Origin: Paraspadella gotoi
Lineage: Eukaryota; Animalia; Chaetognatha
Reading direction: 5' to 3'
Length of the DNA stretch: 64,000 bases
Assembly (NCBI GenBank): GCA_051294375.1
Contig: CM119265.1
Span: 21,700,278 to 21,764,277, forward strand
The notes under the pieces are model-generated. The model worked only from the letters and a program-made list of their open reading frames with translations. It did not search any database and had not been told where the DNA came from. Within the stretch, counting starts at the first letter, position 1. Every line of letters starts with the position of its first letter. The position numbers and the translations under genes are program-made. Positions 1-13,183 of the stretch are shown one piece after another.

Positions 1-1660
1 GGCGGTTTTAGCTTGACCAAAGGTTTGACGAGTGATCCATTTTCCTATCAGGTTCCTTCGTACGTGTTTCGAGTCACTTATCCAGCGAATTCCCCCTTGA
101 GTCGGAAGTTCGAGTCTTTGCTTCCTCGCAACAGTTTCCGTCCGAAAGTCAAGGTCCGTCGAAGCTTTAAAGTTAATAAGTATTGAAAATATATTCAGAA
201 CAATTAGATTTCATATAAAAATATATGTTTGGCATAGGGATATTTCGTGATATCGGTGATACCCGCCAATGTTTCGTTTTATGACAAAATTAAAAAAAAA
301 ATTAAGGGATGGGTCTCTTTTTCGGTGCCTTCTCTGTCCAAAACCCGCTCGTTATTTTTAAACCGCAACTTGAAAAAAAAACATTAAACTGCTCGTCTTT
401 AATCGTCTCGTTGCTGCTGCGAGCAGAGGGAGGCTCGTAATTGTCAAGGCTTATGAATTGTGGATCATAAGTTTAGTTTTTCAAATTTTTTACTTAAGAA
501 AAGATGTTATTTAAAAAATAACAGGAACCGAGGAAAGTGATAAATTTTGGGCCTAAAATCTTTAATTTTTTTTTAATTTTAACGATTCAGTTTGTTTTTG
601 TGTGACTAATCACTGATTAGTAATCAGTGCTACGTTTTGTTTAATATTGTTACAATTAGGATTATATTAACAGTATTGGTGATAGGTAATCACTTATCAA
701 TACTACTATTGTCAATCTTCGTAGGAAACGATGTTGTGTCAGCCTTTCATGGATCTTCCTTGGAAAACTTTTATTCCATCCTTCATTTTGGGCTGAGCGG
801 TCACATGACCAAGAGAAGTGTCTTCGGAGAAGGAGTTTACCTCGCGGGTATTGAGCTTTTTAGTTTTTTTTTAGTCTACATAATTTTATTTCTTTTACTT
901 TTTCTTCTTTATTTTTGTTTTATTTTTATCTATTGTAGTTATAATTTGTATAATCTTTTTTGTGCCGTTTCCAAAGGCGATCTGGCGGTGGCCCTTCACT
1001 TTTCCTCTTCGGGTGCCACGTGGCGTCATACGCGTCTCGGCTCATCCCTACGCGTCGTCGCCGTTTGCGACGTCATCAACCGTCGACGTCTCGTTGACGC
1101 CGAACGACGCCGTCGTGACGGCGCGGGCGTCGCCGGGGTGTTCCGCGGCGTCGGAAGCAACGCCGTGCCTTTCAAGTATTTCGTCGTCAAGAATTCTGAC
1201 GCCATTAAACTCAAGTTCCTTCTCGTCTTCGCTTCGAGTCGATGTGACGGTGATTCATTAGTTTTAATCCGATTGACTTAATGATGATTATCCGTTTCCT
1301 TACGTCATTTGTCATTCACAGATTCGCACGGCAGACAATCGCTTTATATGTTTATTAACCTTATTGCTTATGCTTATACATTGAATAATTTCTTTGTTTT
1401 CAGACGCTTCCCTATCGCCGACGATCGCGTCTCTTCGAGGTAAATTACTTTTCTTGGGACTCAATTATAAAATTAATGAACATCATTTTTTTTTATCGTC
1501 GACTATCTTGTTAATATTTTTTTCAGTGCGAATGCGGGTTGCTCATTGGCTGCGACGATACGGGCTTTTGGCGTTTTGCGGTTTTTACCTTTTGTTTCTC
1601 TGCATCATCGGAATGAAGGACAATATTTTTACAACGATGGCGAAATTTTTTAAGCTATGA
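1..1660 (+). CDS. PARP16: PARP16/ARTD15-like mono-ADP-ribosyltransferase, 5'-truncated by the window edge; exons ~1-131, 725-847, 977-1249, 1404-1439, 1527-1660
   Basis: Splicing at GT/AG sites gives NDVVSAFHGSSLENFYSILHFGLSGHMTKRSVFGEGVYLAGDLAVALHFS...VVAVCDVI...VPFKYFVVKNSDAIKLKFLLVF and a C-terminal hydrophobic tail (YGLLAFCGFYLLFLCIIGM). This matches recalled PARP16 motifs (AFHGSRLENFHSI, FGEGTYL, VAVCEVI, PPKYFVV) with an H-Y-Y triad and tail anchor. The donor of the first exon is approximate. Confidence 0.88.
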
Positions 1661-2648
1661 ATAATGTTTGCACAGACAATAAAAGACGGCCCTCAAACAT
1701 GATAGAAAGGCTTTTTGAAAACTAACGACATAAAACGAGTAGAATAGCTTTCGACCGGGGTTAAATCACTCTTTTCTTTTCTTACTTTTCTTCTTTTTTC
1801 TCCGGATTTGTTTTTTTATGCTCCTTTATTTCGTCTTTTTTTTAATTTCGGATTTTACGTCATTCTTCTATAGTCGAAATCATCAAAACTACTATCAAAA
1901 CCAAAAAAAAAAAAAAATCAAAGTTACAGATGATTAGATATTTATTTTTCAATTTTCTAAACCGCCGTGTTGTATTGATTCAACGTCTTCATTCGTTCGT
2001 TTTGTCGTCAAAGTCTGGTTAAGAAATTTGGCGTCGTAAAAGTCTTTTTTACCGATTTCTTCCGTTTTTTAACGATTTTTATCATCGATTAATTATCGTG
2101 GAAGAAGACAATGTTTTAACTAAAAGTGAGTCAAATAGTTTTGTTGTCTTAATATATTTTTTGGTAATTCATCAGACAAACATCCGTCACTATTCACTAG
2201 ACAAACAGAAGTAAAAATTTACAAGGGACGAAATGATAAGCATAATCTCAAGTCAAACCTTTATCAAAACGCTCATCATTTTACTCGGATCGCCTCGTAA
2301 TTTTATCTTTTTCGGACCAAACAGCGACTACCTCAGCTAAACGCCTCACCTTGCCCCCCTATCGCGAGAGGCCGCTTTGAAGACTCGCGTGGGAATAAAC
2401 AGAAACGCGGTTCATCGGATATTAACTGTCTTTTCGGCGCCCTCGCTGCCCCGTCGTCGTCATCCTTGTGGATCCGGGACGGTCCGCGCTTTTTAGTTTA
2501 ACTCTGGTGCGGGGGTGGGTCTTTCTCATCCGGATAAACTCAACAGGATGAGGCCTCATTCTCCGCCCTAGACGAATTATCTCTCTCTCTCCCCTCCTCC
2601 GCTCTCGTTACTCTTCCGCACCCTCACCTTCCCCCGCGGAAGGCAACG

Positions 2649-4846
2649 ATGCGTCCCGGATCGGACCAAATCCAAATCTTGCGCGATGTCGACGACGAAG
2701 ACTACGACGACAATTCAGACGATGGCCGTAATACAGGTTGGAACTTCCAGTAAACAATTTAATGACCCCCTCTTTTTTAAAGACTCGAAGAAAAAAAATA
2801 GACTAATAACAACTTTTGAATCGAAGGACGAGCGTCAAGTTTTGAGAAAGAGAAAATTGGTCCTTGCCCAAATAGTTTTCTTAATCTCTCTCTGACTCTG
2901 ACGAACTTTCCAACGTTAGCGACGGATAAGGAACCTCTTATCAGTCATTTTTTTTTTCAACTTTAAAATCTTTTCAGTGAAAAAAATTTTAAAAAATTAA
3001 TGTGCACTTTAAGTTTAAATTAAGTGGAAATGAAAACAAAACCTTAACCTTAGCTGACAAGTGCGGTGGAATCAAAATGATTTTAAAATACTTGTATTTT
3101 TTTAGACTTGACTTTTACTTTGATAAACTCGCGGCAAATGTTAAGAGTAGAATTTAAAGAATAATCTTTCTATTTACTTTTGGTTCGTTTGTCCTTAACG
3201 ATCGCCCGAAGGGTGGAGGTAATTTTCTTCCTCCTCCTCCTGATCCTCACGTCTCCCGTGTTCTCTTTCCTATTAGGCTTCCTCCATCGTCTTCCTCCCT
3301 CCCGCGCTCATCCTCATCCTCATCCGTCCCCTCTTCCTTCTCCTAACTCTGAGACTCAACGCCTTCTTCCTTCCCGCCATTCTCCTCGAGATCTTCGAAG
3401 GGTCAACCACTCAAACTATCAGAGTTTCAACAACTACAACTCCATGTCTTCTTCGACTCCCTCCCCGCAAGCCGCCGTCGACATCTGCGACAAGGGCGAC
3501 GATTGCGACTGCGGGCTCCACTCCCGTCGTACCGAGGACGATTCTTGCTGCAGAGATTTGGTGCTTCAGATGCCGACTCCGCGGATGAGTCGGCGACGGT
3601 GCCTCAAAGGGCTCAAGGATTTCTTTCCGGTGCTCGATTGGGGCCCGAACTACAGCCTCGCCGATTTGCAGGTGGTTATCTTCTCTCGATTTGGTTTCTT
3701 AGTTGAATTTGCTGATGATTAGCGATCGAACTGAAATTGCCTGCTTTTGTTTGCTTGCAGCTGAGGACGTAATTTGTCACCTTTGACGAGTGAATGTGAG
3801 AAAAAAAAAGCCTCACTTAATTTTAAAGCGTAAAGTTTTTACTTCCACAAAATGAAATGTTTAATTAATATTTAAGTGTTGCAATTTAATAATTTAATAA
3901 CTTAATTTTTTTGTCGTTTACTCACAGGGCGACGCCATCGCTGGCATCACGGTAGCGTTGACCGTGATTCCCCAAGGTCTCGCCTACGCAAGCGTGGCGG
4001 GGCTCGAACCCCAGTATGGACTCTACTCGGCCTTCATGGGCTGCTTCGTCTACGTGTTTCTCGGGACGGCGAAGGACATCACCTTCGGACCCACCGCCAT
4101 AATGTCTCTCATGGTGGGGCAGTTCGGAAAAGGTGAGTTCTGTTGCAGCGCAGTGAAGTTACGAGCCGTGGCTAAGGGAGAATTACGTTCGGAATACAAT
4201 ATGAACGATGTTTTGTCAGGCAAAACTGGCATTTATTGGATTTTTTTTTCCGAACGAAAAAAGAATTTACTTCGACGGATTTTTTTTGGTTTTTTTTTTT
4301 TACAATTCTGTAGTAGAGTATATTTTTGGAAAACAGCTGTTCTCTCGCTTAACATCATATGTTTCTGTTTTGAAACTTTTGCTTTGTTTACGAATTGTAA
4401 ATCGAAAATCCCACAATTCCTCATTAACATTTTATCTTCCCTCTTTCGTCACTCGCCCTTCCCATCTCAGGTGACATCCAACTCGCCGTCACGATGACCC
4501 TCATCGCGGGTCTCATCCAATTCGCCATGGGAGTTCTCAAACTCGGCGTCCTCATCGACTTCATCTCCTTTCCGGTCATCAGCGCCTTCACCTCCGCCGC
4601 CGCAGTTACCATAGCGACGACGCAGCTCAAGTCGCTCCTCGGACTCAAAAACGTGCCCAACGAGTTTTTAGAAGCCCTCGAACACGTTATCTGGGAAATT
4701 AAAGGTGAGGCATAAATTTGTTGTTGTTTTTTTTGTTGTCTTTTTTGATTGGGGTCAGTTTTGGTTGGTGTTTCCGGATTATAGGAAAAGACTTTCTTTC
4801 TTTCTTTCTCTCTCTCTTTCTTTCTTTCTTTTTTTCTTTCTTTATT

Positions 4847-4906
<60 letters not shown>

Positions 4907-5507
4907 TTTTTCTTTATTTCTTTCTTTCTTTCTTTCTTTCTTATAGTTATAACTGACACATATCAACTCATCCATATCTCCTTCTCCCTTTTTCTCCCAC
5001 AGAAACCCAATTCGGCGACCTGACGATCGGCCTCATCAGCATCGTCGTCCTCTACGCGATGAAACGCGTCAAGTCCCTCAAGTGGACGGAGGCGTGTCTC
5101 CGTCCCGACGCCGATTTGACGCGTCTCGCTCGCGTCGGGCGCCGCGCCGTCTGGCTGGCGTGCACGGCGCGTAACGCCATCGTCGTTCTCGTCACTGGCG
5201 TCGTCTGCTACTGCATAGAGGCGTATCACGGTACGGACGCCGTCGCCGCTCTCGGCATCTCCCTGACGCCAAACGTGGAACCGGGGATGCCGCCGGTGGC
5301 GCCGCCTCGCTTCCGGGTGCAGGTCAACGGGACCGAGATGGACGCGTTGCAGGAAGTCGGCGTCGGGTATCTCGTCGTCGCCCTCATCGGGATTTTGGAG
5401 TCAATTGCGATCGGGAAGGCCTTCGCGAGATTGGGGTGAGGGGTTGAATGGTTGATTGCTTGAGTCTTAATTGCTACAAAGATTGATTAGATTGTAAATA
5501 GTTAAGA

Positions 5508-5546
<39 letters not shown>

Positions 5547-7684
5547 TTTTTTTCGTTCTTTCTTTCTTTCTTTTCTTTCGTTTACTCTTTCAATTTCCGT
5601 TTTTTTTCATCCATTTTTAGCCTCCTAACCTAGTAACCTTCGTAAATGATAAGTGTTTGAAAATTATTGACACAAACGATATCCTGGTTCCGTGTTTTTA
5701 ATTTTTTTATTTTTAAACCCGACGAGTTTGAACAAGTCATAAAAATATATAAATCTAAGTTAGGTTCATAAGATTTTATGACATGTCGTAAACATTTCAC
5801 ACAGTCTGGAGAGAGAGAGAGAGAGATATGAAACAGACTGTATGTTTTGTAAGTTCAATGTCGAAATGAATAATTTTTAGATTTCTTTTTCGAACTTTAC
5901 TGGTCTAAAATTTTTTTTAGACATTATTTTTACTTAGTTTACCGAGCTCATCTCTTACCCCCTCCTCTCTCTCGTGCTCCTCCTTTTCTTTTTTTAGCTA
6001 ATTGTTTTTTTTATTTCATTTTGTTTTTACTTTCCTCAAATTCGTTGCACCTATCCCAATCATTGAAATAAATTAACGGAACGATAAAATTAAAACCGTA
6101 AAAAGGTTTGGACTAGCGTTTCGAATTAATATTATTTACGTCTTTCTTGTCTGAAGATTTCACACATTAACACGAAACGGGGGGGGAGAAAATTCCCGAT
6201 GAATTCTTATTCTTGTTAACTTTATATTTCAACACATTTGACATCCGCATTAAAAAATGTATTTTCTGTTTGATTTTCCTCTTTCTATTCACGTTTAATT
6301 TTTACTTATCTTTCCAATTTCCTCCTCCTCGCCTAACCACATAAACCACCTTTCCACACCACTGGATTCCCTCTCCCCACCTCCTCCACCTCAGCTGCTA
6401 CAAGGTCCGTCCCAGCCCAGAGAGATGATCGCAATGGGCGTGGCCAACGTCATCTCCTCCTTTTTCTCCTTCCTTTCCCATCACCGGCTCCTTTTCTCGC
6501 ACGGCCGTCAATTACCAAACCGGCGTGAGGACGCCGCCTCGGTGGTGCCTTCAACCGGCCGCTGTTCTCCTGGCGTTGGGTCTCCTGGCGGCGCTCTTTC
6601 GAACTCATTCGCGAAGGCGGCGCTCGTCCGCCGTCATTATTTCCAGGTAAGAGAAGTCCTTTTTTCCCCTCTCGTTTTTTTCCTTTTATTGGCTCTTCTT
6701 TTTCTTTTTTACTTTTCTTCTTCTTTTTGCCTTTTCTTTTCTTTTCTTTCGTTTCTCTTCTTTCATCTTTTAATTTTTCCTCCTATTTTCTTTTTACTTT
6801 TTATTTCTTTTCTTTTTTTAGATTTTTTTATATTTTTTTTTTTTTTTTTTTTGGTTTCTTCATTTTTTTCACACCTTCCTCCCTCCTCCCAACCTCTCAA
6901 TCTCGCCCCACCTTATCCTCCAAGCGTGATCCCCATGTTCGACTACGCCATCCTCGTGAGATTCTTCCGCGTCATCTTCTCGCGTCACCCTGACCTCTTT
7001 CCCCTCTCTTCTGTTTTTCTCTACCACCTGGTCATCGACGGTCCTCCCCTGGGCGGGCACTTTCTTCGCGGCTCCCTCTTCCTGCGGGCTGGAGTGGGGC
7101 ATCCTCATCGCGGCGTCGGCATTTCGATGCTGCCCGATGCTGTGGCTTCATCGCCCGCCGCCGGTGGAAGAAGAAGAACGAGTGGAGTGATGGTGATGTT
7201 TTGGTTGATACGACGACGATGATGATTAATGATGATTATGACGATGATTTGGTTAGGTGGGATAAAGGATTGGATGTTTTTATTCTCATTTGCATATTGT
7301 CGTGTTTGAATAAACTTTGAACGACGGCGATGGGACCGAACGAATTTTTTAAAAGTAGTTTAAAAAAAGTTTAAAAGCACGATTATTGGCTGATGCCCAT
7401 GAAACGAAATAGTGTTTTCGCGCTTATTAAGTGACCCTTCTCTTTCGCCATTTTCCTCATCCCCAATCCAGCCTAGACAACCTGACCCAGCGGTCCGACG
7501 TCCTCGTCGTCGTCCTTAAGCCTAAATTCGGGATGTCCTTCCCGGCGGCGGAAGAGTTCGCCGAGTTGGCCAACGACGCCGCCACCGTCGCGGAGGAGGA
7601 GGAGGAAGAGGTGGAGGAGGAAGAGCCGGGGTTGTCGCCGCTGGGGAGGGATTCGAAGAGGAAGCTTTCCGTCAGACCGAAGAC

Positions 7685-7743
<59 letters not shown>

Positions 7744-8111
7744 GAACAAAACTAACTTTTCCTTTTTACCCATCTCCCCCGACTTTTTTCTCACACACAG
7801 TCCCCGCCCTCCCCATCAACCAACGCCGTCACGTGATCGTCGACGGGTCCCAAGTGGTGACCCTCGACTTCAGCGTGCTGCAGATGCTGTCCGAGTTGGC
7901 GGCGACGCAGCGGCGCTTCGATCGTCTGCTCGTCCTGTGCTCCTTCGACCATCGCGGTGCAGCGATGCTCGACGCGGGCCTCGAAGGAATGGACGGCGCC
8001 GAAGGGGTCGGCGGCGCCAGGCGCTGCGCTGATTTGCGTCAGGCGCTGGAAATCATCGAGCGGTTTGATGGTGAAGCGGACACGCCCCTCGTCACCAACC
8101 GAGAATGCTGA
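2649..8111 (+). CDS. SLC26A11: SLC26/SulP anion transporter, SLC26A11-like, with C-terminal STAS domain; exons ~2649-2736, 3277-3671, 3928-4132, 4471-4704, 5003-5435, 6395-6646, ~6915-7200, ~7473-7688, 7800-8111
   Basis: Signature motifs GDAIAGITVALTVIPQGLAYA, PQYGLYSAFMGCFVY, FISFPVISAFTSAAA, ILESIAIGKAFA, QEMIAMGVANV and STAS-like VIVDGSQVVTLDFSVLQML. Exon phases join in frame. Exons at 6395-7200 carry indels in this copy. The first exon (ATG 2649) is inferred from phase only. Confidence 0.9.
4790..4941. repeat. (CTTT)n microsatellite in an SLC26 intron
   Basis: Visible tetranucleotide array, with a similar array at ~5508-5575. Confidence 0.95.
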
Positions 8112-8208
8112 CGTTTTTAAAAGCGCCTCTCGTGGGAGCGAGGGGAAAGCCAACGACCAAAAGGCAAAAATGAAAAACATTAGTCAAGCTCCGACATCAT
8201 TTATAACA

Positions 8209-8218
8209 NNNNNNNNNN
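8209..8218. other. Assembly gap (10 N)
   Basis: Run of N. Confidence 1.
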
Positions 8219-9965
8219 ATGATGAAAAATAAATTAACGGAACCGATAAAATTAAAACCGTAAAAGGTTTTGGACTAGGCTTCGAATTAATATTTTTACG
8301 TCTTTCTTGTCTGAAGATTTCACACATTAACACGAAACGGGGGGAGAGAAATTCCCATGAAATTATTATTCTTGTGAACTTTTAATTCAACACATTTGAC
8401 ATCCGATTAAAAATGTATTTTCTGTTTGATTTTCCTCTTTCATTTCACGTTTAGATTTTTTCCTTATCTTCCCAATTTCCTCCCTTCTCCGCTAACCACA
8501 TAAACCACCTTCCACCACCACTGGATTCCCTCTCCCAACCTCTCCTCCACCTCAGCTGCTACAAGGTCCGTCCCAGCCAAGAGATGATCGCAATGGGCGT
8601 GGCCAACGTCATCTCCTCCTTTTTCTCCTCCTTTCCCATCACCGGCTCCTTTTCTCGCACGGCCGTCAATTACCAAACCGGCGTGAGGACGCCGCTCGGT
8701 GGTGCCTTCACCGGCGCCGTTGTTCTCCTGGCGCTGGGTCTCCTGGCTTCGCTATTTCGATACATTCCGAAGGCGGCTCTCGCCGCCGTCATTATTTCCA
8801 GGTAAGAGAAGTCCTTTTTTCCTCCTCGTTTTTTCCTTTTATTTGGCTTTCTTTTTGGCCTTTTTCTTTTCCTTTTCCTTATCGTTCTCTCTCTCGATAT
8901 TTCTGCATTTTTAATTTTTCCTACCTCTTTATATTTCTTTACTTTTGATTCTTTTTTTCTTTGTAGATTGGTTGATGTGTGTGAGTGCTTGTTTTATTTT
9001 TTTGGTTTTCTGTTTCCGCAGTGGTCTTGTGTGTCACGTGTCGCCTTCCTGCAGACCTCTGCGAGTTGCCCGCCACTTATCCTCAGAAGGCGTGATTCCC
9101 ATTCGGTTCGGGACTACGGCCATTCCTCCGTGAGGATTCTTCCGCGGTGCGATGCTTGTCCGCCGTTCCCCTGACCCTCTTTCCGCCTCTTCTTTGTTTT
9201 TCTCTACCACCTGGTCATCGACGTCCTCTCCTGGGCGGCCGCACTTCCTTTTCTTTCGGCTCCCTTTCATTTCGGGCTGGAGTGGGCATCCTCAATCGGC
9301 GTCGGCATCTTCGATGCTGCCGATGCTGTGGCTCATCGCCCCCGCCGGTGAGAGAAGAAGACGAGTGGAGTGATGGTGAATGTTGGGTGATCGACCGACG
9401 AATTGATGATTAATGATCTGATTATGACGATGATGGTTGGTTAGTAAGTTTAGGATGATTTTTTTTTCTCATTTTGCATTCTGGTCGTGTTTGAAATAAC
9501 TCAGTCGAGTGGTGCTGGGCGTTCTGAACCGGACCGGCTGCGATGCTGTCGCCGAACTACTACGCCGCGAACGAATATTTTTAAAGCTAGTTTAAAAAAG
9601 TTTTAAGTGACGACTATTGTGATGACATGAAACGAAATAGTGTTTTCCGAGCGTATTATTACGTGGACCCTTTCTCTTCCGCCATTTTCCTCCATCCCCA
9701 ATCCCAGCTAGCAACCTGACCCACGGCGGTTCCGGGTACCTCGTCGTCGTCTTAGGCCTTAAAATTCGGATGTTTCCGGCGGGGGCGGAAAGAGTTTCGG
9801 GGCCGATTGGGCAACGACGGGACGCCGCCACCGGTCGCGGAGGAGAGGAGGAAGAGTGGAAGGAGGAAAGAGAGCCGGGGTTGGTCCCGGCCGCTGGTGG
9901 GAGGATCGAACGGGAAGCTTTCGCGTCAGACCCGAAGACTGGTGAGAGAGGAGAGGAGACGAGGA

Positions 9966-9996
<31 letters not shown>

Positions 9997-10106
9997 AGAG
10001 ACGAGGAAGGAAGGAGAGAAGAGAGAGAGAAGCGGAGAGAGGCAGAGAGAGAGGAAAAGAACAAGACTAAACTTTTCTTTTCCCCTTTTAGAACAAACCC
10101 ACATTC
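8219..10106 (+). other. Redundant second copy of SLC26 region ~6065-7770, probably an assembly artefact
   Basis: Colinear with 6065-7770 including introns, bounded by N gaps on both sides, and differing mostly by 1-bp indels. Exon 8556-8801 (FPITGSFSRTAVNYQTGVRTPLGGAFTG) is intact here and frameshifted in the first copy, while the STAS exon shows the reverse pattern. Confidence 0.8.
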
Positions 10107-10534
10107 NNNNNNNNNNNNNNNNNNNNNNNNNNNNNNNNNNNNNNNNNNNNNNNNNNNNNNNNNNNNNNNNNNNNNNNNNNNNNNNNNNNNNNNNNNNNNN
10201 NNNNNNNNNNNNNNNNNNNNNNNNNNNNNNNNNNNNNNNNNNNNNNNNNNNNNNNNNNNNNNNNNNNNNNNNNNNNNNNNNNNNNNNNNNNNNNNNNNNN
10301 NNNNNNNNNNNNNNNNNNNNNNNNNNNNNNNNNNNNNNNNNNNNNNNNNNNNNNNNNNNNNNNNNNNNNNNNNNNNNNNNNNNNNNNNNNNNNNNNNNNN
10401 NNNNNNNNNNNNNNNNNNNNNNNNNNNNNNNNNNNNNNNNNNNNNNNNNNNNNNNNNNNNNNNNNNNNNNNNNNNNNNNNNNNNNNNNNNNNNNNNNNNN
10501 NNNNNNNNNNNNNNNNNNNNNNNNNNNNNNNNNN
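10107..10534. other. Assembly gap (428 N)
   Basis: Run of N. The sequence after it (gctccgacatcat...) repeats the sequence just before the first gap at ~8188. Confidence 1.
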
Positions 10535-12642
10535 CAGGCTCCGACATCATTTATACCAATAAATTTATATCACTCAGCCCAGAGAAAATAATTCTTGGAT
10601 TAAAAGCAAAAAAAATACTTTTAGAATTCCAAAAAGGTTTTATTCGCCTCTCCCAATGTCACATTCTAACTCTACCGTCTACAACGTTGGCGTTTCAATG
10701 TTATTGCGCTTTTCACGGTTTAGTTATTTCAATCGTTATTATTATTGGATTGCATTATCGAAGTTCCAGATATTATTCTGATTTGAATTTGATTGATGGT
10801 GACACTTGGGTATTTGTTGTTTAACTTTTTTCATCTGAATGGGTTTAGGTAGCTGTTGTTGTTTACAATCCAGATTGCGATTCTTGAATCCTTGGTTGTT
10901 TTTGTTTTTTTAATCTCAGTCCGCGATCATAATGTTCAGCTTGCCTTCCCGTATTATTTATATATCGACAGAGACGGAGAAAAAATGTATTTATTTTTGA
11001 AATTAACCATCTACACATATTTGAATTCTCGTGCCATTTCGAACATTCCGGACTTATTATTTCGCTCTAAGCTGTTTCTACATTATTTGTTTTCTGCGTT
11101 CGCCAACGCATTTTTCCATCGTTGACGTTATTATTATAATAATTTGAAATAAATAGAAATTTTTGATATCTTTCAATTTTGTATTTTTTTTATGTTTATT
11201 TTCAGATCAGCAATTTTTTAAAAAAATTAAAGAACTATGAAATTCTCCAGTTTGCCATACAAATCTAACTCATTTAAAAATCATCTTGTTACCAAACAGA
11301 CCCTTTTGACGCTTTTAGATAACACCAGTTTGATATTAAGGTGCCTAAAGTCTAAGTCAGACTATTGTTTTTGAATTGTTGCTAGGGCTATTGCAAAGGT
11401 AACGGAATTACAGTTCGAAAATTTGAATACAAGGTGACACCACGCAACCATCGTCTTTTGCAAATCTTTGAAGATTTTTTTTAATCTGAAAGATTTTTTG
11501 TAGTAAAAACCAAAGTCATTTATGTATTCTAATTTCATATTGATTTTTTCATATTTGACTTGGCAATGAGCCGAGAAAAGTTGCCTTAAAAATCTTTCTT
11601 ATTTTAAAACCCTAATTTTTAAAAACATTTTTTTTCTAACTTTCTGAACATTTTTTAAAGAACATTATAAGGTATCAATATTAATATCTTCTGAAAGCTA
11701 TTGGAAATTTGAAGAGAATGACTTATTTAATTATTCTAAACCTGCTCTTTGGCAATTTTTAATTTAACAGTTATCTGAGTTTTGATTATCTTTGAAAGAC
11801 GATTTTAAGGCAACTTTTTTCCGCTCATTGCCAGGTCAAATCATAACCAATCATGTTTGTACATTTTGCATTTCAAAGGAAAAGATTCATCTTTTACTTT
11901 TTTTTATACCATAATTTTTTTTAAAATGCCTTCTTTTTTGTTTTGATTTCCCTATGTTTTTCGGCAAATAAACAAATAAAAAATTCGGTAAAAATTTCCA
12001 GACAATACCAAATATTGGTAATAATAATAATTATCCATTTTATATTTTTTAAACTTTAGGTATTAAAAAAGAGTACAAAAAAGAGGGTGATTATTTGTTT
12101 CTTCTCTCATTGTCTATGTCAATGTCTAACCGTCACTAAAAACTAATACTAATACTATCAAAAATGGAGCTTCTAATTACTTCTTTTATTTTTTATCTCA
12201 AAAAAGTCTGTCACGAAAAAAGAGAATAAAAAATGAAAACGAGAAGGCTGAAGGGGAAAAAAGAAGCAAGAGAGAAAAAAAATCGATGGAACTATATGTA
12301 CCAATATTCAGATTTTGTTTTTGGCAAGGGCAGCACGCAAAGGTAAAGGAAGGTAAGGTGGCACGTTGCGAAACCGGTTGAAACTGGATTCTTTTCCTGT
12401 TTCGAAACAACTTGAAATTAAAAAAATCATGATTCATCCCAAGGTACTGTTTGGTAATATTACCGAAATTTTAAAACTAAACTAAATGTATTGTTTCCCA
12501 AATAATATCCCAATTACTTACCCAAATGACCTTATTTCGTTTCCCTTCAATCTCTCCTGTCCTTACCTTCAACTGTCCTAACCCTTTAACCTCTGTCCTT
12601 TCCAAACTCATTGTTGAAAACTTCTTTCTCTCTTTCTCTCTC

Positions 12643-12691
<49 letters not shown>

Positions 12692-12772
12692 CATCTCTCT
12701 CTTCTCCTCTCTCTCTCTTTTTCTTTTCTTTACACACGTACTTCTTCATCAAATGATTGGCAAAATTTTATT

Positions 12773-12817
12773 ACGCGCTGATGAAGACTCCAAAACTTAG
12801 AGACGAAACATGTCCGT
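12773..12817 (+). ncRNA. Minimal type I hammerhead ribozyme-like motif (Penelope type)
   Basis: acgcg-CTGATGA-a-gactc...gagac-GAAA-catgtc-cgt. Core boxes are present, stem II has one mismatch, stem III is the palindrome ACATGT, and the GUC cleavage triplet ends at 12814. Confidence 0.6.
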
Positions 12818-12940
12818 TTTTTTTTAATTAAAAACCCGTTGTTTTTAAAACTTAACACTTAACTTTCTCGATATATCATCTTTGGAAGGTGAACTAAAGC
12901 AGAAAATTTGCTGATCGGACGAAAATCACAAAAATTGAAA

Positions 12941-13111
12941 ATGAAGGTCGCGGTTTGGGGACTTCTTCTATTTCTATCTGCGGCGTCGCAGGTGAATATT
13001 AACGATAAATTATAATCTACATAAATCTTATTAAACCTAAGAGATAGATACAATTAATGAGCATATTTGTTGAACCATATTATCTCTCTTCTCTCTCTCT
13101 CTCTTCTCTCT

Positions 13112-13183
<72 letters not shown>

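Noticed and set aside
4424-5023. Long ORFs of KERK/FLSF repeats (also near 12477, 13057, 13950, 26779, 38147, 50621, 52832)
   Set aside because: They are translations of (CTTT)n, (CT)n and (CAT)n microsatellites in introns.
6395-7200. Frameshifts suggesting that SLC26A11 is a pseudogene
   Set aside because: The same exon is intact in the redundant copy and the rest of the gene is clean, so assembly error is more likely.
8219-10106. Apparent tandem duplication or pseudogene of the SLC26 3' half with complementary intact exons
   Set aside because: It is bounded by N gaps, the differences are scattered 1-bp indels in exons and introns alike, and the sequence before gap 1 reappears after gap 2. 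This is the signature of low-accuracy gap filling.
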